A stretch of DNA of 64,000 bases from contig OZ024744.1 of assembly GCA_964016885.1 (NCBI GenBank), positions 89,528,001-89,592,000 of the forward strand, in the 5' to 3' direction. Made by a program: the position numbers and the translations under genes. Every line of letters begins with the position of its first letter. Within the stretch, counting starts at the first letter, position 1. Shown in pieces: positions 41,021-53,724 of the stretch. The DNA comes from Eledone cirrhosa (lineage: Eukaryota). The notes below the pieces were generated by a model. That model was not told where the DNA came from, searched no databases, and worked only from the letters and a program-made list of their open reading frames with translations.

Positions 41021-44000
41021 AGTCTGAGGCGGGAGTGAAGTGGCAAAAGGTCTGCCACAAAAAAGAAAAAAAACCCTTAGCTTCCCCTTCCAAAAGCGAA
41101 AGCACATAAAGCACATAAAGGGTAAAGCACATAAGGGGTAAAGGCTGCAAGGAAACTTGCAGTAACACCACCACCATCACCATCACCACCACAAGCATCA
41201 CCACCAACAACAACCACACCACCACCAGCATCACCAAAAACACCAACAACGCAAACACAACAAAACACACACACCCAACAGCAACAAGAAGAAAACAGCA
41301 ACAAAATCACCCTCCCCCCAAAAAGTACACAGCTATAAACATGGCAAATAAAAAACTCATACAATATATAAAGCAGCACACAGACATCACAGAAAAAAAC
41401 TACTACACCCCACCAACACCAAGAAATCTCCCGACAAACATAAGCATCATTGATATCAAAATAGAACAGTACAAACTTTTATAACAAAAATTCCTCAACG
41501 CAGTTGGAGACTTCAGAGGGACGGTTACCAAGTGGATATACACTGACATCCTCTTGGAAACACCCATGACCAGCCACACGATCAAGGTAAGAGACCCTTT
41601 CTCACTTGCCCCGTTTCTCATCCAACATGGCCGTACTTAGAATAGGCAGTATAAATGTACGTGGCCTGGGGTCATCTTGGAAGCAGGGTCACCTGCTCAA
41701 CGACCTCAGATCACTAAACATAGATGTGGTGGCCATCAGCGAGACCAGAATCTCCGAAGCACGAGCCTTCGCACCGATCTTCGGCGGCTACGATGTATAC
41801 GCATCTCCCAGCCGTCCAGGATCGGGGGAGGGGTTGCCGTCCTTTTTCGGAGAGGCTTGGATCTCGCCATACGGGCCATCTTCCTGGACCCAGAAGGTAA
41901 GTCGGTGGTGTTGGACGTGACCAGCAGCGAAGGCAATGCTTTCAGGCTAGTAGCTGTCTACGCCCCGACAGGAGCAGGACGGCCAGATTTCTTCAGACGT
42001 CTAGGGACCTTTCTTTAGTGTTAGTGGGCGACTGGAACAGTATCTTGGATGCACGCTGGGATTGTGTGGGGCTAGTGAATAGTGGAGGAGGGTGCAAGAG
42101 CCTCACCAACAGGCTCAGACGTTTTGAACTGTCTGACAGGTATTGATTGGATCACCCGAATGTGCCAATGTGGACATGGACAAACCGCATCGGGTCATCA
42201 GTATTCTGCAGAGAACTAGATAAGGCTAGTATAAGTTGTCCACAATTTAAAATAGTCGACTACACAGACCACAAATTTGTGATCTGTGAGATCGACATAG
42301 ACAGACTTCATAGACAAGTGCCTGGTTACTGGAAGCTGAACGCCTCTTTCCCGGTGCGCAAAGCCTACAGAGACCGGATTAGCGTATTAGTTAAGCGGGC
42401 GTTGACGGGAGCGGTCGTCAACAACAGGTGGTGGTTTGCCCTGAAAAGGCCAATTAAAGTAGAGTCGATTAGGTTTAGCAAAGGAGTAGTGATAGAGGAA
42501 AATAGAGTAGAGGAAGAGCTGGTCAGAAAGCTAGAAGAGGTGTCTAGGACAGGCATCGCAACCGACGTGCTTGCGGCGAAATGGCACTCGACCAATTCTT
42601 CAACGCAAAACACGAAGGCTGAGTTGTCAGAGCTAGAGCGCGTGCTCTGAAACACAAGGGGACAAAAGCCCTCCAATGGGCTCGAGTGGCAGAGGCACGA
42701 CGTGACAACAAAGCCACAATTCGGTATTTGTGTGACCAAAACGGGCGCGTGTTGCTCGAACCCGAGCAGATATGTGAGGCTTTTCAGCAGCACTTTGCTG
42801 AACTGTTCAGGAGCAACGGCGAGCCGGATCGGGATATGGACTTCAGTTCATACCTCGACGGACTGCCTCGGCTATCGACGACCGCAGCACAGTGTTACAA
42901 AAAGCCAATAACAGCCGGTGAAATACGGGAGGCGATGGCAAACTGCACGAGGGGAAAATCGCCAGGTTTGAGTGGTCTGCCCTACGAGAATTATGCATTT
43001 ATGCCAGATGTGTTCGGTGTCCTCTTGGAAACGTCTACTGCAACTGGCAGAAGAACGGGAGCATTCCCAGTTTTGTGAGCCGGGGAACGGTGGCGCTGCT
43101 GAGAAAAGACCCGAACAAGGGGGATGTTATCGATAACTTCAGGCCCATAACCCTGCTAAACGCAGAGTTCAAGATTTTGGCCAAGGTGTTAGCAGCGAGG
43201 TTGGCGCTTGTCGTCAAGGGTCTGGTGGGAGAAGCGCCATTCCGGACAGATCCATACACGACAACCTCCACCTCATGCGATACATCGTAGAGAGGGTGGT
43301 TAAGGAACCTGGCACGGATGGGGTCCTGATCAACTTGGATCAATCCAAAGCATTCGATAGGGTCGACCATCGGTACCTGGCAGCGGTCCTTAAGGCAGCC
43401 AGTTTCGGGCCCATTTTCAGGGGTTGGATCGCTGTGATGTACAGCGACATTTGCTCAGTTGTGAGGGTGAACGGTCACCTGTAGCCGTTCAGCATCATGC
43501 GCTATGTCCGCCAGGGTTGTCCCATCTCGTCCCTCTTGTACGTATTGGCTCTCGAGCCGTTACTGCACAAACTGGGGACGATGAGGGGCGTCCCACGCGA
43601 ACTAGGCGACGTCTCCGTGGTGGTGTCGAGCACCAAACACGTCCAGATGCTCGGCACCACTCTCAAGGAATACGAAGCGGTGGCAGGAGCAAGGATAAAC
43701 CAGGAAAAGTAGGTGGGCTTGCAGATCGGCACCTGGAGAGGCAAGTCCATGCCGTCCGACAGCGTCGTGGGGCATTGGACGGGCGGACCGGTTAAATTGC
43801 TCGGGGTCTGGTTCGGACCGGACCTCCTGATGGAGAAAAACTGGGGGAGAGTGACGACTTTCTCGGGGAGACTCTGGGCGTCGAAGACGATCAGCTGCTT
43901 GCTCTCTTCAAGCCCGGGGCTTATGGACAACTTCTAGAAATCCCTGGCCTTGCAGTGCTACCGGGGAACGTTGCCGGTTCGAGATAAGCTCTACAGACAC

Positions 44001-44680
44001 GGAAGTGCCGTCAGCCGAACCTGTCCGAGATGCGTGCAGAGCGACGAAACCGTCCTGCACGCACTCGTTCAGTGCCCGAGCATTGCTGACTTGTTGAGCT
44101 ATGTCGAACAGTTGCTGTCGCGTGTAGGATTGTTCCGGTTATCAACTAAGTCCATCGTGCAGATTGTCTCGCCGTCTTCCTTCGAGGAGGAGGGGCAGGC
44201 GGTTTTCATCTGCCTGGTGGCCATGGCGAAGTTTCACTTGAAGAGGAACATCAGGGTGGTGAGGCAAGTGCTGCCTTCTAGCAAGTTTGTTGAAAGGTGG
44301 GTGAATGTAGCGAGAATGGTCCGAGTGAACGGGACCGCTCTGAATATACGCCTGTAGTTTGAGAAATGGAAAAATTGAGAGAGGGCACTTGCATTGGTGG
44401 TCAGGGTGGCCGTGGTCTTTTGTGCGGTTTTCGCCACGAGTAACCCTCGGAGGTTTCCCCCTATTGGGGAATTTTTCATTGTTTCAGTTTTCATTTTTAT
44501 TGTTTATATATATATATATGTTTCTGTCTTTTTTTTTCTTTTTTTATATAAATAATAAAAATCTTTACACGCACAAAACCCACATCGTACCGTCCTGTAC
44601 CTTCCTGTGCCGTCTGTAATGTTTATCAGGATGAAAGCCCTTGTGGCCAATAAAGAAATCATTATTATTATTATTATTGA
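41021..44680 (+). mobile_element. Tx1-like LINE copy 2 (5'-truncated, decayed)
   Basis: ORF1 end; EN (IGSINVRGL, ISETR, VYAP, TDH, GYWKLN); RT (NFRPITLLN, LDQSKAFDRVDH, VRQGCP); deletions; AATAAA plus (ATT)n. Confidence 0.92.
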
Positions 44681-47600
44681 ATGCCATGGTTGACGGAGGC
44701 TCGGCTCTGTAAGGTATAGTCATTTTTAACCGCTATAACAATTTTAAATTGTTTAAAACTTTAACCAAATTGTAGATAAAAACACCCTCCTCCTCGTGAG
44801 AGGAGCCTTTCTGCCCGTTATTTGGCCCTTCGGGTTAAATAACCGCTTATTGGGGTTTTGTGCCCAATATTCATTTTAAACCAAAAAAAACATGGCTACA
44901 AAAAAGAATTTTCACAAGTCACTCCCACTCATTCCGTCTTCTTCTTCCTCAATTGTCACTACATCAGAGAGAAGATTGTCTCTCTGCCTCCCTTCTCTTT
45001 CGCAAGCGACGCCAGTAAAGAAAAAGAAAAATATAGTTTCTTATAGTTTCCTCGAGCACGTGCAAACCGTGGAACATTTCTCCACGACGACGACAACGAC
45101 GAAAAATGTGTGCGGTAAATACGGAAAGCCTTTTCATTCGTCTGACGTCATGAATAATAGCAGTAGCAGCCGTAATAACAGCAGCAGCAGCAACAGTGAC
45201 AAGAAAACAATAGTGGCAACCGCAACAGCATCAGCAGCAGCATAAACAACAACAGCAACAGCAACAGCAGCAGCAGCAACAACAACAACCACAGCTACAG
45301 CGGCGGCGGCAGTCGTAGTACCTGCAGCAACAACAAAAGTAACAGCAGCTCTGACGATAACAACAACAACAACAACAAAAAAGAAAAACCAATCTCGTTT
45401 GCAGGTATCGCAAAGAACCTGGAAACCATCCTTATAACAAATGAGGAATTACAGGAAGCAAAGAAGATGTTGACGAAAACCGGACACCGAGCAATCTGCA
45501 AGGCAGCCGCAAAGTTTTTCGAAACCCAACAGCACTGTACGGTAACGTACCGTACAGTAAGCACAAAATCCCGTAGGGTTGAAAGAGCCACATATGCTCA
45601 AATACAAAAAGCCTTAGGGTCTGTGTGGCAGCGGAAAACGCATATCACCCGAAGCAAGAAATATGCCACCGTGGACGTGCTTTTTGCCACACCCCAGGAG
45701 GCAAAGGCTCAATCCTTAGTGACCCTAAGGAGCGAGGAAATGGTGTTGGTGCCCTCCTACTGCGGACAAAAAATTGTGAGGGTCAAACTGACCCAAGTAA
45801 ACCCACCCACCCACCCCCGGCATGGCCCCTTCTTGGCTGGCTGCGTCTGTCCTCGTCGGAATCGAGGACAAAACAACTGTACTGCAAGTACAGAAAAAAG
45901 TACGAGAAGATTGGGTCGGCACCTCCATTGAGATGTTAATCCAAACCAACCAGGAGTGCATCGAAGCTATCCCGTATGTGATAGACTTCGATAACGGCAC
46001 TCAACTGCCCATAAGTGTTGAGGGAAAACGCCCGAAATGCTTTCGCTGTGGATCGAAGACTCACCTCAGGGCCTTCTGCAATGAGAACACCCTAAGAAAG
46101 GAGAAAACCCCCCTCCTTCCGAAACCGGCTCCACTGCTACCAGCAACAGGACAGGCGGCAACCAGGAAGGATAGGCCCGTGGCACCCATACCCACGCCAC
46201 GGAAATCAAGAACAGCAACAGCAGTGGAAGTATTAACAACAACAATAGTAATACCAACTGCAGCTGCAACAGAGACTCCACTGCAAACATCACCAACAAC
46301 AACAAGTGAAAGAGTGGAGCTGGTACCCCTCCCTGACCTCACAGTATCGGACATGGAGTGTGAGGTGGGAGAGGGATGGCAAAAGGTCGCAAGAAGGCAC
46401 AAACGCAGAAGCAGCGCATCGTCGCCTTCGAAAGGGGAGGGAAGAAATGAAAAAAGGGTAAAGGCTACTGCAAAGAGACTTACAGCAGTAACACCATCAA
46501 CACCATCACCACCCACACTAGCACCACCATCACCACCGGCGACAACCCCACCGCAAACAACAACAACACCTTCAACACCACCAACACAAACACCAACATC
46601 GCAAACACAACAAAACACACACACCCTGCAACAACGACAAGAAAATAGCAGAACCACACCCCACCCCCAGAAAAGCAAATGCACAGCAATAAATACACAC
46701 AACGAAAAACTAATGACTTACATAATTGAACACACAGACATTTCACAACACGACTACATAATACCAGCACCAATCAAAACACCAACGAACATGAGACTGG
46801 TAAGAATAGCACAGAAGCAATACACAAACATTAAAACGAAATTCCCCAACGCAGTTGGTGATTTCAGAGACCTAGGAGGGACACTCAACCGGAGAGTATA
46901 TTCGGATATATTCACAGAAGAGCCGACGACCAGCCGAAGGGACGATTCAACTGTCCCTTCACCAGACGATCAAGTGAAAAGGGATGGAGAAACCATCCTT
47001 CCTCTGCGAGAAGAAGTAAGGTAAATGGTCTTTCCCATCTTTTCCACTCCATTTCAACATGACCTCACTCAGAATAGGCAGCATAAATGCGCGTGGCTTG
47101 GGGTCGTCATGGAAGCAGGGCCACCTGCTCAACGATCTCAGGTCACTAAACATAGATGTAGTGGCCATCAGCGAGACCAGAATCTCCGAAGCACGAGCCT
47201 TCGCACCGATCTTCGGCGGCTACGATGTGTACGCATCTCCCAGCCGTCCTGGATCGGGAGGTGGAGTTGCTGTGCTTTTTCGGAGAGATTTGGATCTCGC
47301 CATACGGGCCATCTTCCTGGACCCAGAAGGTAAGTTGGTGGTGCGTGACGTGACCAGCGGAGAAGGGCAAGCTTTCAGGCTAGTGGCCGTCTATGCCCCG
47401 ACAGGAGCAGGGCGGCCTGATTTCTTCCGGCGTCTGGAGACCTTTCTAGGAACGTCCCGCTCTTTAGTGTTAGTGGGCGACTGGAAGGGGATCTTAGATG
47501 CACGCTGGAACTGTGTGGGATTAGCGGATAGGGGAGGAGGGTGCAAGAGCCTCACCAACCTGCTCAGCCGTTTTGAACTGTCTGACAGGTACCGATTGGA

Positions 47601-50600
47601 TTTCCCGAATGTGCCAATGTGGACTTGAACAAATCGCATAGGGTCATCCAGATCATATCTAGATAGAGTATTTTGTAGGGAAATAGATAGGTCTAGCATA
47701 AGCTGTCCACAATTCAAGATAGTCAGCTACACGGACCACAAATTCATGATATGTGTGCTTGACTTAGATAGGCTTCATAGACGAGCATCCGGCTACTGGA
47801 AGCTAAACGCGTCCTTACCAGCGCGCAAGGCCTACAGAGACCGGATTAGCGAAGCGAGCGTTGACGGGGGCCATCGTCAACAACAAGTGGTGGTTTGCTC
47901 TGAAAAGAGCGATTAGAATAGAGTCCATTAGGTTTAGTAAGACTTTAGCTATAGAGAAAAATAGAGCAGAGGGAGAACTAGTTAGAAAATTAGACGAGGC
48001 GCTTAGCAAAGGCATCGCGACCGACGTACTTGCGGCGAAATTGGCCCTTAATCAATTCTTCAATGCAAAGCACGAAGGCTGCGTTGTCAGAGCTAGGGTG
48101 CGTGCTCTCAGACACGAGGGGACGAAAGCCGTTCAATGGGCTCGAGTGGCGGAGGCGCGTCGTGGCAACAAAGCCACGATCCGGTCTTTGGTGGACCACG
48201 ACGGGCGCATGGTACTCGATCCCGGGAAAATGTGTGAAGCTTTTCAGCGACACTTCGCTCGACTGTTCGGGGGCAGTGGCGGGCCGGATCGAGGGATGGA
48301 CTTTAGTGTCTACCTCCACTGGAATGCCGCGTCTTTCGGCCACTGAGGCGGAGTGTTGCGAAAAGCCGATAACAACCGCTGAAGTACGGGATGCAATGAC
48401 TAGTTGCACAAGGGGTAAATCGCCTGGTTTGGATGGTCTGCCCTATGAACTTTACGTACAAATGCCAAACTTGTTCGGAGGCCTCTTGGCGGACGTCTAC
48501 TGCAACTGGCAACAGAACGGGAGAATTCCCAGCTCTGTGAGCCGAGGAGCGGTGGCGCTGCTGAGAAAGGATCCGAACAAGGGGGATAACATAGATAATT
48601 TTAGGCCCATAACTCTGCTAAACACAGAGTTCAAGATTTTGGCCAAGGTGCTAGCAAAGAGGTTGGCGCTTGTCGTTGGTGGTCTGGTGGGAGAGGCACA
48701 GACATGCGCCATTCCCGACAGATCCATCCACGACAGCCTCCACCTCATGTGATACATCGTAGAGAGGGTAGCTAGGGAACCTGGCACGGGTGGGTCTTTG
48801 ATCAATTTAGATCAGTCGAAAGCCTTCGATAGGGTCGACCATCGATACCTAGCGGCAGTCCTGAGGGCGGCTGGCTTTGGGCCCGTCTTCAGAGGCTGGA
48901 TCGCTGCCATGCACTGCGACATCTGCTCTGTAGTGAGAGTGAACGGTCACCTTTCGGAACCGTTCAACATCATGCGCTCGGTCCGCCAAGGATGTCCCCT
49001 CTCGTCCCTATTGTACGTATTGACTCTCGAGCCATTACTGCACAAACTGCAGACGTTGAGGGGGGTCCCGCGCGAACTAGGATGCGGAAGATCCGTGTCA
49101 GCATATGCCGACGATGTCACCGTAGTGGTGTCGAACGCCAAACACATCGAGGCGATCGGCACTACACTAAGAGAATACGAAGCGGTGACAGGAGCAATGA
49201 TCAACCAGGAAAAGTCAGTGGGCCTGCAGCTCGGCACCTGGAGAGGCAGGTCCATGCCGTCCAACAGCGTCGTCGGGCGCTGGACGGACGGACCGGTTAA
49301 ATTGCTAGGGGTCTGGTTCGGTCCAGACCTCCAGACGGACAAAAACTGGGACGAGGTGACGAGCAGGGTGGCTTCTCTCACCCAGAAATGGGCCGAGAGG
49401 AAGCTATCCCTGAAAGGTCGAGCGGAGGTGGCAAATGCGTACATCGCATCCGTCATCTACTACCGCCTGACCGTCGTACCTTGTCCTAAGCCCCGCCTGA
49501 CTGCGCTGGAGCGTTTGCTCTTTCGCTTCTTGTGGAAGGTACGCGCTCCGATGGTCAGGCGGTCCATCTGCTGTCAACACCCGCTACGTGGAGGGCTGGG
49601 CATGCCGTGGGTGATGATGCGCAGACACGCGCTCAGGCTACGACATCTCCACCTCTTCCTCGACGGTGATCAGGTGTGGTCGCTGTTTGCTAGACGCGTT
49701 TTTCCCCAGCTCGTCTCCTTGATGGAGCTGCAGTCCTGGGTCAAGCGAAGACCGAGAGGGAGCGCTTGGAGACTGGAATGTCTCCAGGCGCTCACAGCCC
49801 TCGACCAATCGGGCAATGTGATCGGTGGAAACTCCACCTTGGCGTTCTATAGGGGATTAGTGGAGGGGAAGAGCGACGACGTACTTGGAGAATCTCTAGG
49901 CGTCGACGAAAATCAACTAGCCAATCTCTTCGGAAGGACTTTCGGGCCGGGGCCTATGGACAACTTCCAGAAATCCCTGGCCTGGCAGTGCTACCGAGGA
50001 GCTTTGCCAGTTCGGGATAAACTCTACAGGCATGGAGGTGCCGTCAGCCGGGCATGTCCGGGATGCGCGCAGGGCGACGAAACCGTCCTGCACGCACTCG
50101 TCCAGTGTCCGAGCATTGCTGACTTGTGGGTTTATGTCGAACACCTGCTGTCACGTGTAGGACGGATCCAGCTATCAGATGAGTCCATCGTGAGGATTGC
50201 CCCGCCCCCTTCCTTTAGCCTGGAAGGGCAGGCAGTTTTTATCTGTCTGGTGGCCATGGCGAAAGAGATAGTATGGTGGACACGTTTGAAAGGGCTGAAG
50301 ACGAGCACTTACCTCTTCGGTGATGCTCTGATTAACTTTTTCAAACTTCATTTGAAAAGGAAAATCAGGGTAGAGAGGGAAGTGCTCTCTTCCCAGCATT
50401 TTGTTGAAAGATGGATGAGAGAAGCAAGAATGGCCCGAGTGAATGGGCCTACTCTGAGTATGTGTCTGTAAATTAAAGGTGGAAAACTGGGAGAGGGCAC
50501 TTGCCTTGGTGGTCAGGGTCACTGTGGCCTTTTAATGGGCTTTCTCCACAAATGTCCCTCCGAAGTCTCCCCCTATTGGGGAATTTTTCTTTGTAATAAC

Positions 50601-50784
50601 AAAGAAAAATTCCCCAATAGGGGGAGACTTCGGAGGGACATTTGTGGAGAAAGCCCATTAAAAGGCCACAGTTATTAAATCCTCTGTTTTTTTACACGCA
50701 GAAATACCCATTTGTACCGTCCTGTATTGTCCTGCACTGTCCTTAATGTCTACTTTATGTAAACCCTTGTGGTTAATAAAGAAA

Positions 50785-50831
<47 letters not shown>

Positions 50832-50832
50832 T
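44681..50832 (+). mobile_element. Tx1-like LINE copy 3, full length with few disablements
   Basis: ORF1 about 44892-47024 with CCHC knuckle CFRCGSKTHLRAFC; ORF2 47059-50471 with APE, RT (SAYADD), LSLKGRA, GGLG and CPGC..H..C; a few stops and frameshifts; (ATT)n tail. Confidence 0.95.
50521..50672. repeat. Perfect palindrome, 74-bp arms with 4-nt loop
   Basis: 50521-50594 is the reverse complement of 50599-50672. Confidence 0.97.
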
Positions 50833-51410
50833 ACGTTCGAGTTCAAATTTCGCCGAGGTTAGCTTTGCCTTTCATCCTTATGGGGTCGATAAAATAAAGT
50901 ACCAGTAATGCACTAGGGTCAATTTAATCAATTTTCCCTTTCTCCCCCCAAAATCGTTGGTTTTGTGCCTAAATCAGAAAGTATTATTTAGATGGTGGAT
51001 TGGCAGTATTGGTAGAGTGTCGGATGCCATGCTTTGACGCATAGAGTTACGGCCCTTGCCATTCTGAGTTCAAATCCCGCCGAGGTTAACTTTGCCTTTC
51101 ATCCTTACTGGCTCGATAAAATAAAGAACCAGTAATGCACTGGGTAATTGCTGGCCTTGTGCCAAAACTAGACACAATTATTTAGATATTTAGATGAAGG
51201 GCGGTGGAGTGGCAGTATCAGTAGGGGGTCGGATGCCATGCTTTGCAGCATAGATGCACGGTTCTTTACATTCTGAGTTGAAATCCCGCCGAGGTTAATT
51301 TTGCCTTTCATCCTTACGGGGTTGATAAAATAAAGTACCAGTAAGGCACTGGGGTCAATTTAATCGACTAAATTGCTGGCCTTGTGCCTATACTAGAAAT
51401 CATTATTTAA
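50833..51410 (+). mobile_element. Three head-to-tail tRNA-derived SINEs
   Basis: Copies at about 50833-50988, 50991-51182 and 51198-51408. Confidence 0.92.
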
Positions 51411-51871
51411 ATGTTTTATCCAGGAGAAACTCTTCTCTCCAGTTTCATTGGTTAATATTGAACACAAATAAACACAAATAAATCCTTAGTGTGATGTTTA
51501 CGTAATCCCTGTACTACGATTGTTTACAAGTCCATTAGTTGCTTGTTATTTAATACTTTGACAGTGATATATAAATCATGTCTAGTTTACATGTACTTAT
51601 AGGAGTAATATATGTACTGACTGATTATGTTACAAAAAGTGATTTGCTCTGTTTAATATATTTAAACACTTAAATACCTTGTTGTTAACATCAGTGGACC
51701 TATAGAAAATCATTGAGGTAGGGTACGGAAAACCTTCAGAAATGAACTGAAGCGAAAGTAAGTCTGCATTTCTTTTGTTACTGTTCTGTTTATCGTCCAT
51801 AAAACTGTACATACAATTTTTTTTTTAACGTAACAAAACGGTATATACAATTTTATTAACAATAACAATAT

Positions 51872-52255
51872 ATATCGGTAGAGAGTCGGACACCATGCTT
51901 CGGAGCATAGAGTTACGTCCCTTTATGATCTGAGTTCAAATCCCGCCGAGGTTAACTTTGCCTTTCATCCTTACGGGGTCGATAAAATAAAGTACCAGTA
52001 ATGTACTGGGTAATTGCTGGCCTTGTGCCTAAAATAGAAACAATTATTATGTGGATTGGCAGTGTCGGTACAGGGTCGGACGCCATGCTTTGACGTATAG
52101 AGTTACGGTCCTTGCCATTCTGAGTTCAAATTCAGCCGAGGTTAACTTTGCCTTTCATTCTTACGGAGTCGATAAAATAAAGTACCAGTGATGTACTGGT
52201 TAATTACTGGCCTTGTGCCAAAAGTAGAAACAATTATTATTATTATTATTATTAT
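51872..52255 (+). mobile_element. Two head-to-tail SINEs ending in (ATT)n
   Basis: Copies at about 51872-52049 and 52050-52255. Confidence 0.92.
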
Positions 52256-53722
52256 AGTTGCATTTATCTTGCTTTATGTTCATACGAGTTATCACCAAGT
52301 CACAACCAGTGACCTCAAGAGACAACAAGGTCCGCCATGTTCAAGAAAGAACATACATACACACACATGCATCTTTAGGTGTTTAGACTTGTGATGTACT
52401 TATATTGACAGAATCTTCCTTAGTATATCTTTTGTATTTCTCCTATACGCGGGTTTCCTGGGATTTGCGATAAGTAATCATTAGACCCCTTAGGTCTCAT
52501 TCCTAGAGCGCCTACAACCACTGGTATTGTTTTAGTTCTCAATTTCCACATTTTTCCAATTTCTATCCCCAAGTCCTTATACTTGCTCAATTTTTCAAAT
52601 GTTTTTATAGATACATTCTTGTCTATTGGAACGGACATATCAATTAGCAGGCATACCCTCTTTTTAAAGTCCTTCAATATTATATCAGGTCTATTTGCTT
52701 CTATTTTTCGGTCTGTTTGGATGCTAAAGTTCCACAAGATTGAGATGTGATCTTTTTCAAGTATGGGAGGTGGTTGATGCTCCCACCAATTCTTTTGATG
52801 GGGCAGGTCAAAATGCTTACACATTATCCAATGTATGTATTGTGCAGCTCTGTCATGCCTGTTTAGGTATTCGGTTGGAGCTATAGGACTGCACATTGAA
52901 ATTATATGATCAATGGTCTCTGGTTGTTTTTTTACATACACGGCATAATGGGTTGCATCCATTTTTTATTATGTTGGCTTGGTAATTTTTTGTTGGCAGA
53001 CACTAATCTTGTGCTGATATAATCAGTCCTTCAGTCTCCGATTTCACTCCAGAGGATGCCAACCACTGATGGGTTAAAGTTTTGTCAACATCAGGATTGT
53101 TAGCTTTTTCTGGGTATTTTCCATACAGAGGCATTTCTTGCCATTTCTTAGCCAGTTTCTGTAGCAGTTCTTTCTTTGCAGTTACTTTTACCTGCCTTGC
53201 TTTTTCTGTGTTTTCCATTTCAGCAGTAAATGGGACTTCTGAAATTTGTAGTCCATTACTGTATCTTTGTGCATCTTTTGTAATGGAATATGATCTTTTG
53301 ATGCTTTCGTGTTTCAAAACGAGTTTGATCATCCAATCATGTGATTCCCTTTAGATATATAGATAATTCAATTGTTGCAGTTTTCAACGCAATATCTAAC
53401 TGGATTAACCCACGTCCTCCTTTTTTCCTAGGGAGATATATTCTATCTGTATCTGCCTTAGCGTGATGCATTCTGTGCATGGTTAAGAATTTTCTAATTT
53501 TTGTATCGAGCCTACGGATCTCTGAGCTTGACCAGTTGATGACATTGTAACTGTAGGTTACTACTGGTATGGCAAGCGTGTTTATGGTATCGATCCTATT
53601 CCTTGCATTCAATTCCGTTCTTAAGATTGCTCTTACTCTGCGGTAACATTCCTTCCTTATCCTTTCTCTCATTGTCGAGTGCTTGATTCTGTCTCCTTCA
53701 CAAACACCTAGATATTTGTAAT
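52256..53722 (-). mobile_element. R4/Dong-like RLE LINE family B, 5'-truncated
   Basis: YKYLG, IPVVTYS, IYLPRKKGGRGL, ETIDHIISMC, NRPDIILKD..LIDMSVP; 3' end runs into the SINE (ATT)n tail. Confidence 0.92.
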
Positions 53723-53724
53723 TA

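Noticed and set aside
44696-44860. HDV-like ribozyme in the Tx1 5' UTR (ggaggctc/gagccttt, ctcctcgt loop, downstream hairpin)
   Set aside because: No G for P1.1 and a poor P2, so the pseudoknot cannot be completed; an Infernal HDV scan would settle it.
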